Assembly: GCA_963765765.1 (NCBI GenBank)
Contig: CAVXYC010000019.1
Coordinates: 32,001-96,000, forward strand
Direction: 5' to 3'
From: an uncultured Chloroflexia bacterium
GTDB taxonomy: Bacteria > Chloroflexota > UBA6077 > JACCZL01
Length of the DNA stretch: 64,000 bases
Notes under the pieces: generated by a model
Seen by the model: only the letters and a program-made list of their open reading frames with translations
The model's database searches: none
What the model was told of the DNA's origin: nothing
Made by a program: the position numbers and the translations under genes
In this document: piece after piece, positions 52,958 through 63,400 of the stretch
Position numbering within the stretch: position 1 is the stretch's first letter
Layout of the letters: every line of letters starts with the position of its first letter

Positions 52958-53539
52958 TTGAAAGGGGGAGCCCTGTTGCAGCGCTATCTCTTGATGGTCG
53001 ATTCGCTGAGCGCCTGGATAGGCAAGATCTTCGGCTGGAGCATAGTAGTCCTTACCGTTGTGACGTGCCTCGAGGTGCTCATGCGCTACATCTTTCGCGC
53101 GCCGACGGACTGGGCGCCGGATGTGAGCCGCTTTGCATTCGGTACTCTTTTCATGATGGCTGGCGCGTACACGCTCTCACGTAATGCCCACGTTCGGGGC
53201 GACATGTTTTACCGGCAGTGGCCAGTGCGAGCTCAGGGTGCGGTGGACATCGCGCTCTACCTCCTCTTCTTCTTCCCCGGCATCATCGCTCTGGTTATCG
53301 CGGGACTCGACTTCGCTAATTTTGCTCGTGGTGTTAACGAGCGCTCGTCGATCAGCCCGGGTGGGCCCATCGTTTGGCCCTTCAAGTACGTCATCCCGGT
53401 CGCGGGTGTCCTCATGGTTATCCAGGGCGTGGTGGAGGTCATCCGAGCAGGGATCGCTTTCAAGACCGGTGTTTGGCCTGAGCGGCTGTCAGACGTAGAA
53501 GAGACCGAGACACGTTTGGCCCAGGAGAGTCAGCTTTGA
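52958..53539 (+). CDS. dctQ: TRAP small permease
   Basis: EVLMRYIFRAPTDW, HVRGDMFY, 4 TM. Confidence 0.9.
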   Translation: MKGGALLQRYLLMVDSLSAWIGKIFGWSIVVLTVVTCLEVLMRYIFRAPTDWAPDVSRFAFGTLFMMAGAYTLSRNAHVRGDMFYRQWPVRAQGAVDIALYLLFFFPGIIALVIAGLDFANFARGVNERSSISPGGPIVWPFKYVIPVAGVLMVIQGVVEVIRAGIAFKTGVWPERLSDVEETETRLAQESQL

Positions 53540-54861
53540 GCCCCGAGCTACTGGGCCTAATCCAGCTCGGACTGCTCTGCGCAGCCATTCTGATTGGCTT
53601 TCCTACCGCCTTCACACTTATGGCGCTGGGGATCATCTTTGGCTTTCTCGGATTTGGCCCGTTGGTCTTCAATCTGCTTGTGCAGCGGACCTACGCGGTC
53701 ATGACCAGTGACGTGCTCATCGCCGTCCCGCTGTTCCTGTTCATGGGATACATCATCGAGCGGGCAGGCACACTGGATCGCCTATTTCGAAGCATTCAGC
53801 TCGCGCTTGGTCCGATCCGTGGGTCGTTACTTTTGGCCACGCTGATCACTTGCACTATCTTCGCCACCGCTACGGGCATCGTAGGTGCCAGCGTGACGCT
53901 GATGGGTCTACTGGCGCTGCCGGCGATGATGCGCGCGCGATACAACGTGGAGCTGTCCACAGGCGTTATCGCCGCGGGCGGAACGCTTGGAATTCTTATT
54001 CCACCGAGCGTGCTGCTGATTCTGTATGGCGCGGTCGCAGGCGTTTCCGTGCCACGCCTCTATGCTGGTGCGTTTCTGCCCGGCTTGATGCTCTCGACGC
54101 TCTACCTCCTCTATATCCTGGCTCGCGTCTACTCGAATGAGAAGCTTGCGCCACCACTCCCAGCGAACGAGCGTCAGTTCCCGGTAGCCTTGATTCTTCG
54201 GAGTCTGCTCACCTCGTTCCTGCCCCTCACGCTGCTGATCGGCGTCGTGCTGGGGTCGATTCTCATCGGTGTCGCCACGCCAACGGAGGCGGCCGCGCTG
54301 GGGGCCCTCGGCGGAATCCTGCTGGCGGCTGCTTATGGTGCACTCAACCTTCAGACGCTAAAGGAGTCGGTGTTCCTCACGGCCCGCGCTTCCGCGATGG
54401 TGCTGTGGCTGCTGGTCGGCTCTAGCCTGTTTGCCGGTGTGTTTGCGCGGTTGGGCGGCGCGGCGATGATCGAGAGCTGGGTCCTTTCACTCGGACTTTC
54501 ACCCTTCGCATTTTTCTGGCTGGCTCAGATCATCATCTTTCTGCTGGGCTGGCCTCTCGAGTGGACCGAGATCACCATCATTTTCATGCCACTGTTTTTG
54601 CCGCTGCTGCAGCAGTTCGACATTGATCCGCTGTTCTTCGGCATCATGGCCGCTTTGAATCAGCAGACGTCGTTTTTGTCGCCACCAGTGGCGATGTCGG
54701 CCTTTTACCTCAAGGGGGTTGCTCCGCGCGAGATCAGCCTGAACCAGATTTTCAGAGGCATGTATCCGTTTATGATTATCCAGATCATCTCAATGATCGT
54801 TCTGTACTACTGGCCTCAGCTCGCTCTCTGGCTGCCAGATGCGATCTACGGAGCGCGATGA
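53536..54861 (+). CDS. dctM: TRAP large permease
   Basis: AVPLFLFMG, GTLGILIPPS, TPTEAAALG, LSPP. Confidence 0.93.
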   Translation: MSPELLGLIQLGLLCAAILIGFPTAFTLMALGIIFGFLGFGPLVFNLLVQRTYAVMTSDVLIAVPLFLFMGYIIERAGTLDRLFRSIQLALGPIRGSLLLATLITCTIFATATGIVGASVTLMGLLALPAMMRARYNVELSTGVIAAGGTLGILIPPSVLLILYGAVAGVSVPRLYAGAFLPGLMLSTLYLLYILARVYSNEKLAPPLPANERQFPVALILRSLLTSFLPLTLLIGVVLGSILIGVATPTEAAALGALGGILLAAAYGALNLQTLKESVFLTARASAMVLWLLVGSSLFAGVFARLGGAAMIESWVLSLGLSPFAFFWLAQIIIFLLGWPLEWTEITIIFMPLFLPLLQQFDIDPLFFGIMAALNQQTSFLSPPVAMSAFYLKGVAPREISLNQIFRGMYPFMIIQIISMIVLYYWPQLALWLPDAIYGAR

Positions 54862-55185
54862 TGCCGAGCGACGATGAGCGGGTCACGTATCAGGCCGATT
54901 GCCAAGCGCTGTCCGAAGCGCCGTGCGTCGTGGCCGGCAGGATCGAGATGCCCACACTCGAGGTGGGCGGCAAGGCGTCCGCCGGCAGTTTACGGTGACG
55001 CGATAATCTTCAAGCTGAGCCCGGATGGGGTTGTGCGCGCCCTGGAGCTGCGCGGAGCGTGAGACTTTGATCCCAGGGGCGGGCGGCCGATGCGTGAGTG
55101 GATCCAGGTGCCCGACGAGCAGTCCAGCGCCTGGATCGAGCTCAGCCAGTCAGCTCTGGAGTACGTCCTCGGACAGAAGAAGTGA
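54858..55185 (+). CDS. Small TfoX-N-like protein, frameshifted or degraded
   Basis: Joined frames give MPTLEVGGKA..YGDAIIFKL..RALELRGA..FDPRGGRPMREWIQVP. Confidence 0.55.
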
Positions 55186-55229
55186 GCAATGAAGCGGCAG
55201 GTCTGACAATCTCTAGATGCTGCTGCCCA

Positions 55230-55944
55230 TTACGATGTCTTGTAGCCCACGATCAGCGCTCGGCCCAGTTTCTTCCACAGGCAGTCCACATGGCCGAAGC
55301 CAGCGTTTCGGAGCCAGGTGAGCTGCTCGTCAACGGGATCTGGATGCTCGGTGCCGCTGCACACCGCTGCCCATGCCCTGTGGGCGGGTGCTTCGCGGGC
55401 CCAGCTTGCGGTAGACGGCGCGGAAATAGTCGTCTCGCGGTCGCATATTGTCGATGTTGAAGAACGCGCCACCGTCGTTCAGCCGATTGAAAATCTGCGC
55501 GTAGAGCTTGGCCTTGTTTGGTGAGGTCAGGTGGTGGATGGCCCGCGCTGACACGACCAGGTCAAACGTCCCGGGCAGATCGTTGGGCAGGTCTCCATCG
55601 GCGAAATCACCGACGTGGTACCCAAAACGATCGCCGAAAGGCGCCATTCGCTGGCGGCCTTCGGCCATCATCGGCTCAGAGATATCCAGGCCAACGGCAG
55701 TAGCATTGGGCAGCGCGCTGAGCAGCGCTCCGGCGACCACTCCATGTCCGGAGCCGATGTCCAGGATTCGTAAGATGGCATCCTTCTCAAAGGGCTGCGT
55801 AGCGATGAGAATGTCGTAAACCTCGCTGCTCTCAGGAAAGGCAGAATCGGTATTCTGGACGTACTCGGCGACCCGGTCGGCCTCTTTCCAATGGTGGCCG
55901 GCACGCTGCTCGCCTGGACCTTGAACGTCTGTCTGTTGCACCAT
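55230..55944 (-). CDS. Class I SAM-dependent methyltransferase; frameshift near 55370
   Basis: ILDIGSGHG, GLDISEPM, FDLVVSARAIHH; C-terminus QLTWLRNAGFGHVDCLWK in another frame. Confidence 0.85.
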
Positions 55945-56051
55945 GGTGATCTCCTCTAACGGCGGACCTTTCGAGCATAGCCCGTCCGCGGCGTACGGAC
56001 AAACCCGGCGCCGTGATCCGCTTTGCCACTAGCCTGTTACGATGACAGCGG

Positions 56052-57809
56052 GTGAGCAATATGTCGGGTGACGCGCGTAGTCGACAGAAGAATGGGCAAG
56101 TTGCCGATCTCCTTACCGAGATCGGCGAGCTGCTCGAGATCAAGGGCGAGCAGCGTTTCAAGATCAATGCGTACCACAACGCTGCTCGGCGAATTGAATC
56201 GCTCCCAGAGCCAATTGAGAAGCTCTACGCCGATCATCGCTTGCGCACGATTCCGGGCGTTGGCGATGCACTCGAGCAGAAGATCTCTGAATTTCTGGCT
56301 ACCGGCAGTCTGGCTTATCTAGAGCGCCTGCGCGCCGAGATTCCGCCCAGTCTCGTCTCACTTACGAGCGTACCTGGCCTTGGGCCCAAGAAAGCTCACC
56401 AGATCTATCAGCAGCTCGGAATCACGAATCTGGACCAGCTGGAGGAAGCGGTCCGCGAGCACCGTCTGAACGGAATTCCCGGTCTTGGAGGCAAATCCGA
56501 GGAGAACATCCTGCGCGAGCTGCAACGCCTCAAGGAGCGGTCAAAGCGACACATGCTCAGTACCGCGCTCGAACGAGCCGAGACCATGCTGGGCGAGCTG
56601 CGCCAACATGCCTCCGTGGAGCGAGCGGAATACGCCGGTAGCCTACGACGGAGACTGGACACCGTGGGCGACCTGGACCTGCTCGTCACCACCGATGATC
56701 CCGAGGGCGTGCACGCATACGCGCGCGATCTGCCCCAGGTGGTAGACGTTGTCTCCACGGGGCCGGCGCGGACCACAGTCCTGATGAGGGGCGGCTTTCA
56801 GGTAGACGTCCGCACGGTACCACCGGAGTCTTTCGGCGCTGCTCTCCAGTACTTCACCGGCTCGAAGGAGCACAACGTGCAGCTCCGAGAGCTGACTGTT
56901 CGTCGCGGTTGGCGGTTGAACGAGTACGGTCTGTTCGACGAAAACGGGGCACACGTGACCGAGGGCGATGAGTCCGCGATTTACGCAGCGCTGGGCATGG
57001 ATTGTCCCCCGCCGGAGTTACGCGAGGGGCGAGGCGAGATCGATGCGGCTCAGCGGCACGCCCTGCCTAATCTGGTGACTGTGGATGCTCTCCGGGGCGA
57101 CCTGCATCTGCACACTGACTGGACGGATGGAGCGCACCCTCTTGAGGAGATGGCCAAAGCTGCGATGGCTCTTGGTCGCTCATATATCGCCGTGACCGAT
57201 CACAGCCGCTCGCTACGCGTTGCCCGCGGGCTGGAGGTGGAGCGACTTCGTCTGCAGCGTGGTCTCGTGGATCGACTCAACAGCGAGTTGGCGCCGTTCC
57301 GAATTCTCCTTGGGACGGAGATGGACATTCTGGCGGACGGCGAGCTCGACTATCCTGACGAGGTTCTGGACCGACTCGACTACGTCTCCGTGTCGGTCCA
57401 CAGCCAGATGAAGCAGCCTGAGCCGGAGATGACGGCAAGGATCTGCCGCGCGCTCACCAATCCCCGCGTGTGCACGCTCAATCATCCCCACGGTCGCATG
57501 TTCGGCAAGCGCGACGAGTACTCGGTCGATATGGAGGCGGTGATCGAGACCGCCATTGCGCACGGTGTGGCGCTGGAGGTGAACAGTCAGCCTCATCGTC
57601 TGGATCTGGATGGAGGCTGGGTGAGACGCGTCATTGATCGCGGCGGCATGATTGCCATCAGCTCCGACGCGCACAGTACCGCGGAGCTGGAGCTGCTCCC
57701 ATATGGTGTTATGACGGCTCGGCGGGGCTGGGCTGAGCCGGCGCATGTGCTAAATTCGCTTTCGCTCGAGGGACTCGAAGAGCACATTTCCGCGCGTGGT
57801 AGCAGATAG
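56052..57809 (+). CDS. polX: DNA polymerase X / PHP exonuclease
   Basis: GSLRR..GDLD, YFTGSKEHN, DLHLHTDWTDG, TDHS, SDAH. Confidence 0.95.
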   Translation: MSNMSGDARSRQKNGQVADLLTEIGELLEIKGEQRFKINAYHNAARRIESLPEPIEKLYADHRLRTIPGVGDALEQKISEFLATGSLAYLERLRAEIPPSLVSLTSVPGLGPKKAHQIYQQLGITNLDQLEEAVREHRLNGIPGLGGKSEENILRELQRLKERSKRHMLSTALERAETMLGELRQHASVERAEYAGSLRRRLDTVGDLDLLVTTDDPEGVHAYARDLPQVVDVVSTGPARTTVLMRGGFQVDVRTVPPESFGAALQYFTGSKEHNVQLRELTVRRGWRLNEYGLFDENGAHVTEGDESAIYAALGMDCPPPELREGRGEIDAAQRHALPNLVTVDALRGDLHLHTDWTDGAHPLEEMAKAAMALGRSYIAVTDHSRSLRVARGLEVERLRLQRGLVDRLNSELAPFRILLGTEMDILADGELDYPDEVLDRLDYVSVSVHSQMKQPEPEMTARICRALTNPRVCTLNHPHGRMFGKRDEYSVDMEAVIETAIAHGVALEVNSQPHRLDLDGGWVRRVIDRGGMIAISSDAHSTAELELLPYGVMTARRGWAEPAHVLNSLSLEGLEEHISARGSR

Positions 57810-57845
57810 CAGACGACTCGCGGTGTCAGCTTCACCGCGCTAGCG

Positions 57846-58130
57846 CTAGCTCACTAGCTCCCGCAGCAGGGCGCGCAGCTCGGGTGTCCTCGCAATAGCC
57901 TCGCGCAGCCCGTCGATCTCAGTGGTGCTGAGCATCAGCGGTGAGCGGCTGAAGCGGCCGCTATGGTTGTAGCTGCAAAAGCGAATGCTCATGGCACCTT
58001 CAGCGTGGCCCTCGGTGTACTTGAGGAGCTGAATCGTGGGCCGATTCCACTCACCCTCAAACTGTGCTTCCTCAGCAATCACGCCACTGCCCCAGGAAAA
58101 GCTGAATCGTCGCTGCTTCGCGTCAGGCAT
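57846..58130 (-). CDS. Small hypothetical protein
   Basis: 94 aa with beta-rich N-terminal part and C-terminal amphipathic helix. Confidence 0.65.
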   Translation of the reverse strand: MPDAKQRRFSFSWGSGVIAEEAQFEGEWNRPTIQLLKYTEGHAEGAMSIRFCSYNHSGRFSRSPLMLSTTEIDGLREAIARTPELRALLRELVS

Positions 58131-58283
58131 TGCACTCTCTTCAACGAAAATGGTCCCACCACCGTACCATCTGATAGGTGATGCAGAGCACGAGTGGCCT
58201 GGATTCCTTGCGCCGAGTCGTAACTGTCAGTTATCTCGTGATGGCCTAGAACGAGAGGTTCGGGCGTCCCTGGAGGTCCCACT

Positions 58284-59558
58284 GTGAAATCTTCCATTCA
58301 TGACGCTTTGACGCGTCGCCAAGCATTGCGCATGTTTGGAATTACAGGCGCAGCGACCGTTCTCGCGGCGTGTCAGCAGAGTGCTCCAGCCTCGCCGGCA
58401 AAGCCGACGGATGCGCCGAAGGCCGCGGCAACGGCAGCGCCGGCGTCACCCGCGGCGAAGCCGGCTGCCTCGCCCGCCGCATCTCCCGCGGCTTCTCCGG
58501 CCGCACAGGCTACCGGCTCATCAGCGGCCGCAATCAGCGACGCGGATTGGAATGCCATCGTCGCCGCGGCGCGACAGGAGGGCAAGCTCTCCGTAGCCAC
58601 GTATTCTGGCGGCGGTTATCGAACGGTCATCGAGGATTTCAAGAAGGCGTATCCCGGTATCGAGGTGGAGCATCAGCAGTTCCAATCATCCTCGCGGGAT
58701 TTCGTGCCGCGCCTGCACCAGGAGCACCGGGCCGGCCTTTATGCCTGGGATGTGGCCACGATGCCGCTCCAGGAGCAGATGCGACAGGTGCAGCCCGCGG
58801 ATGGACTCGCTCCACTACGGCCGCTACTGGTGCGCGCCGACGTGCTCGATGACAAGAACTGGAACGGTGGCTTCGAAAAGGGCTTCGACGATAACGATAA
58901 GAAGTGGGGCTACTCCGCCATCGCCGTGCGCTTTCCCGTTATCTGGATCAATTCTGATCAGGTGAAGGATGGCGAGATCAAGACGCTGAAGGACCTCACC
59001 GACCCCAAATGGCGCGGAAAGATCATTGCCGCGGATCCCCGCACCAAGGGTTCCGGCTTTGTTCCGGCTACTGTCATGCGTGTCAAGTCCGGCAGCGACG
59101 ACGTCATGAAGCAGCTATTCAAGGACCAGGAGCCAGTGATCAGCACGGATGCTCGCCAGCTCACTGAGTTTATGGTACGTGGTCGAGGCATCATCGGATT
59201 CGGCGCCGTGGATAAGGTCATTCTGGCCGACTTCCTGGCCCAGGGGCTTGGGGCGAACCTCAAGAACATCGACTTCCCTGAGGCCGATTTCCTGAGCAGC
59301 AACAACAATCACCTCTGGCATTACGCTAAGGCGCCGCACCCCAAGGCTGCACAGGTTTTCGCAAACTGGTTGCTCAGTAAGGAAGGTCAGATTTCGTTTT
59401 CCACAAACATCAGGGTCAACAGTCGTCGTACAGATGTTCCCGTGGTGGAGCAGGACGCGGTGCCAACGCCAGGTGTTGAGTACGTGACTGCTGACCTCGA
59501 GAGCTTCATCCCAGAACAGGCCAGGACCCAGGAGCTCGCAAAGGGCCTACTGGATTAG
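58284..59558 (+). CDS. ABC substrate-binding lipoprotein (orphan), Tat-like signal
   Basis: TRRQAL, LAAC, (ASPA)n linker, AARQEG, DLTDPKWRGK, APHPKAAQVFANWLLSKEGQ. Confidence 0.9.
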   Translation: MKSSIHDALTRRQALRMFGITGAATVLAACQQSAPASPAKPTDAPKAAATAAPASPAAKPAASPAASPAASPAAQATGSSAAAISDADWNAIVAAARQEGKLSVATYSGGGYRTVIEDFKKAYPGIEVEHQQFQSSSRDFVPRLHQEHRAGLYAWDVATMPLQEQMRQVQPADGLAPLRPLLVRADVLDDKNWNGGFEKGFDDNDKKWGYSAIAVRFPVIWINSDQVKDGEIKTLKDLTDPKWRGKIIAADPRTKGSGFVPATVMRVKSGSDDVMKQLFKDQEPVISTDARQLTEFMVRGRGIIGFGAVDKVILADFLAQGLGANLKNIDFPEADFLSSNNNHLWHYAKAPHPKAAQVFANWLLSKEGQISFSTNIRVNSRRTDVPVVEQDAVPTPGVEYVTADLESFIPEQARTQELAKGLLD

Positions 59559-59580
59559 GTCGGACGGGACTACGACGGTC

Positions 59581-59618
59581 AAGCGCCATGCGAAGATGCT
59601 CGCGTGGCGCTTTGCTTT
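59581..59618 (+). terminator. Intrinsic terminator of the SBP gene
   Basis: aagcgccatgcga / tcgcgtggcgctt followed by tgcttt. Confidence 0.65.
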
Positions 59619-59649
59619 GCCCGGAACACGCCGCGGCACAATCTGATGA

Positions 59650-60420
59650 GACGCTCACAAGCTTTGCGGGGCGATCGCTAGACCTGAGCGGCTCGACCCG
59701 ACTGCTTGGTGAGCGCCTGGCGGCTGTGCTCCTAAACTAAGCTCCTCGACCTCACAAGCCAGACCAGGGCGAGGCTTTGGATCCGGCGCACCGTGCCCAT
59801 GAGTCTCCAACCCCAGGCCGGTTCACTGACTCTGGGGCACGGGGACCTGCTCTATGGCACACGGGAGACGACGGGAACAATCCCGATGTTCATCGCGTGG
59901 CAGTGCCGGAGCCGATGATTCCGGGATATCTCATCACCGTCGAGGACGTGTTGAGGACGTGTTTTTGAAAGTAAAGTGGAGATCCTTCGCTGAGCGCTTT
60001 GAGCATTCTCGGCCCCAACCGCTCAACAGGTGCTCCGTTCTAGACTAGGAGAGGTTATCGTCAAGACGGTATCCGTGAACCTAGCCCCCAAGAGCGTCAA
60101 TGAACGTCCGGTTTGATCAGCCTCTCCCCTGCTCAAGGCCCATCATGCCGCGCGACATGCAGATCGAGGTCACGCACAACAGCGCTTTGTGGGCGGACAA
60201 GACCACACTCTACGTTGGAAAGACCCGCCCGGTCCTTCGGGTCGCACGATGCTTGAAGTCAGAGCACTAGATCCCGGGGCGGAGGCGCACAACGCCAGTT
60301 CGGGAGCGCAGTGGAAAGACGGCCCAAGCGGTGTGCCGGTAAGCGGCTGGCTGCGTGGGGTCGCACGAGAGGGCGGTTTCGGGGATACAATGCCGTTCAC
60401 CATTTTGTGGCTCGCCTTTT
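59650..60420 (+). ncRNA. Candidate large structured RNA, family unidentified
   Basis: At least 12 helices, several nested, found by eye; G-U pairs on the + strand; no convincing ORF. Confidence 0.4.
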
Positions 60421-60422
60421 GA

Positions 60423-63400
60423 TTGTTAGGATCCTGTAAAGACTCCGTGGAGCAACGTTTGGCTTCTGCAGTTCCATCATCCGGTGGCGTCGTCCTGGTT
60501 CCGGCGCGAAATGCGCGCCGCGACGATGCAACAGATGGATTGGATGTCCGCAATCAACGGCTCAGCACGGCGCAGACCCACGCCGTCGCGGTTCTAGGCC
60601 TGCTGCTCTGCCCGCTCCTGGTCTTTGCGCCGGGGCTGCTGTCAGGCCAGATTTTCTACGGCAAGGACACACTCCAGTTCTACTACCCGCTGACTGAGTG
60701 GTTTGTAGGTCAGCTCAAGTCCGGCGGAGTGCCGCTGTGGCTGCCGCACATCTTTGGTGGATACCCCCTTTTCGCAGACGGCGAGATCGGGATGGCGCAT
60801 CCGCTGGTGCTCCTCGTCAGTGCGCTCTTTTCGGCCGAGGCGGCGTTCACGCTCCTGCGGTACGTCCACTACGCACTGGCGTCTGTTCTCGCCTACTGGT
60901 TCGCAACCGTTCTTGGCCTTCGGCCACTCGGCGCCACGGTCACCGGGCTCGTGTTCGCCTTGAGCAGTTTCCTCATTGGACACATGCAGCACGACAACAT
61001 TCTACGTAGCGCGATCTGGCTGCCGGCGCTGCTTGCATGTGTTGAGCTCGCACTGAGGTCCACTGGCTGGATTCGTGTTCGAAATGCGCTGCTGGCCGGC
61101 CTTGTCGTGGGGATTCAGCTTCTTGGCGTGCATATCCAGCCCGTGCTGATCGGCCTTCTGGCGGCCGCGTGCTGGATACTGGTGGGACCTCTTGGTCTGG
61201 ATGCCAGAGCCGACGTGGCAACTGTGCAGGATCCGACGCCGAAGCTGCTCTCCGTTGGACGGTTCTTGATCGCTCGCGTTTCGCGTCTCTGGATCTGGGC
61301 GTTCATGGTGCTGGCGGGCTTGCTTGTTTCAGCGGTGCAGATGTTGCCTCTCGCATTTTTGAGCTCCCGTACGATGCGCGGCGCCGGCGTGAACTATTTT
61401 GTGTCAACGTCCTATGCGATCTCCCCTCCAGAGCTGCTGACACTGCTCTTCCCGTATTTCTTCCGGTCCGGCCCCGAGCAGCATTGGTCACTCTGGCCGC
61501 CGCAGGAGACAACGCTGTACGTCGGTATCTTGCCGCTCGCCCTGGCAATGATCGCGCTGATGTTTGTGCGGAGGCGACTCGTCGTTTGGCTCACACTCGG
61601 CGCGCTCCTCCATCTCTGGCTTGCCCTCGGCGACTATGTGACGCCGAATCCATACTATCTCCTCTGGAACCTGCCCGGTTTCTCAGTCCTGAGAGCACCC
61701 GCCCGGTTCAGCCTGGTCATCATTCTCGCCGTGGGCTGCCTGGCTGGACTCGGCGCTGACTGGCTCAATCAGCGAACGCAGCGTGGAGCAAGCCGTCGGG
61801 AGGCTTTCGTACTGCGAGCAATGGCGATGAGCTGGCTTGCCCTGCTGGCAATGGCAATCGGTGTCTTCACAGCAGTGCGCGTGGCGCTGGAGAACATGCC
61901 TCGCGAGACGATGGCCAGTATCGACCTTTCATATCTGGCTATGCGTCGAGAGCTGCCGCAGCTCGGTGCGCCAAACGTTGCTGCGGGGCTGGCCGCATCT
62001 GTCGACTGGAATACATCGGCAACGCGTTTGGGGCTCATTTGGATTTCGCTAACGGCGCTCGTGCTGGTGCTCTGGAGCATAGGCAAACGGTGTCGAATCG
62101 TCGGCCGGGCCCTTATGACCGTGGCCATTGCGGCAGACTTGCTTACCTTTGCTGGAGCGTTTTACCCGCAGGCCCCGGGGCGCGATCTACACGTCTCGTC
62201 GCCCGCGGTCGAGGAGCTGGTGTCTCGGAGTGGTCCGCATCACGTGCTCATCGATCCCGGTCTCTATCACCTTCTGGGTGCGAATCATCTCGTCCACTAC
62301 GGAGTATCGGTCGCGGGAGGCTACAGCTCGCTTGAGCCGTCGAGATTCATTGACTATTGGTGGAGCTTGGTGCGTGATGAGAATGTCCTGCTGGACCTCT
62401 TCAACGTCCGCTATATGGTGGTGCCTCGCCAGCAGTCCGGCGCGCTGATGTTTAACGATACGCGCTTTCATCCCGCGGAACGCCTGGTGAACGGCGGATC
62501 GTCTAATCCCGCTGGTGCGGAGACGTTTCGAGGGTCATCGACACGTGCCGACAGCATGACCGTGATCAGCGCCGTGGACGGTATGGACGGAGCGGAAATA
62601 GGCGAGTCGATGGCGGAGATTGGAATCATTTCGCCGGACGGTGAAGAGCGCCGATTCGGACTTCGCTACGGCCTTGAGCTCACCGGATATCGGCGGGGTG
62701 CTCCGAATCCGACAAACGCGCTCTGGGCGTACTACGGACCCGCGTTTGCACCAAACGGACGCTCATTTTCCGCACAGCTCTCTGGCGCGGTACTGTCGAT
62801 CAATCCTCCCATGATGATCGATCGCGTCGAGGTCCGCTATTTGGCTCCCTCGGGCGTCTTACTGCTGCACGGATTAGGACTAAGGGACGCCGAAACCTTT
62901 ACTACACGTTCACTCAGTAGCGCTGACCGAACGAAATACACACCTGTCTATAAGGACGAGGATGTAGTCATCCTGGAGAATAGGGCCGCGTTGCCAAAGG
63001 TGTACTTCCGAGATGGCGCGGTAACGGTCCCGGTTGATTCTCCATCTGCCCAGGACTTGATGGCCGTTCCACGGAACCTGCAACGTGAGGTGGTGCTGGA
63101 CAGCGATGACGCGCAGTCGATTCGCATGGCGAGCTCGGATGCCCATGGAGATGCCCAACTGTTGGAATATGGGGCGTCCACGGTGCGGGCCACGATTAGG
63201 TCTGATGCAGATGGCTTCATGGTAGTGGGAGACCGATTCGATGCTGGCTGGCGCGCCTGGGTGGATGGTCGTGAAGCTCCAGTCGTTCGGGCGAATGCCG
63301 TCATGCGAGCCGTACCCGTAAGTGCTGGGGAGCACACGGTGGAGATGCGGTATGAGCCCTGGTGGGTCACGCTTGGTCTAGGTGTCTCACTTCTCTCACT

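Noticed and set aside
1-55944. Programmed frameshifting in the split genes
   Set aside because: Breaks are scattered across unrelated genes without consistent slippery sites, so sequencing error is more parsimonious
59643-59720. CTGATGAG followed by a stem, suggesting a hammerhead ribozyme
   Set aside because: No GAAA follows stem II, and stems I and III could not be built
60341-60385. Resemblance to group II intron domain V (TGCG..TCGCACG..CGGTTTC)
   Set aside because: The lower stem and catalytic triad spacing do not fit, and there is no domain VI, matching 5' GTGCG on this strand or RT ORF
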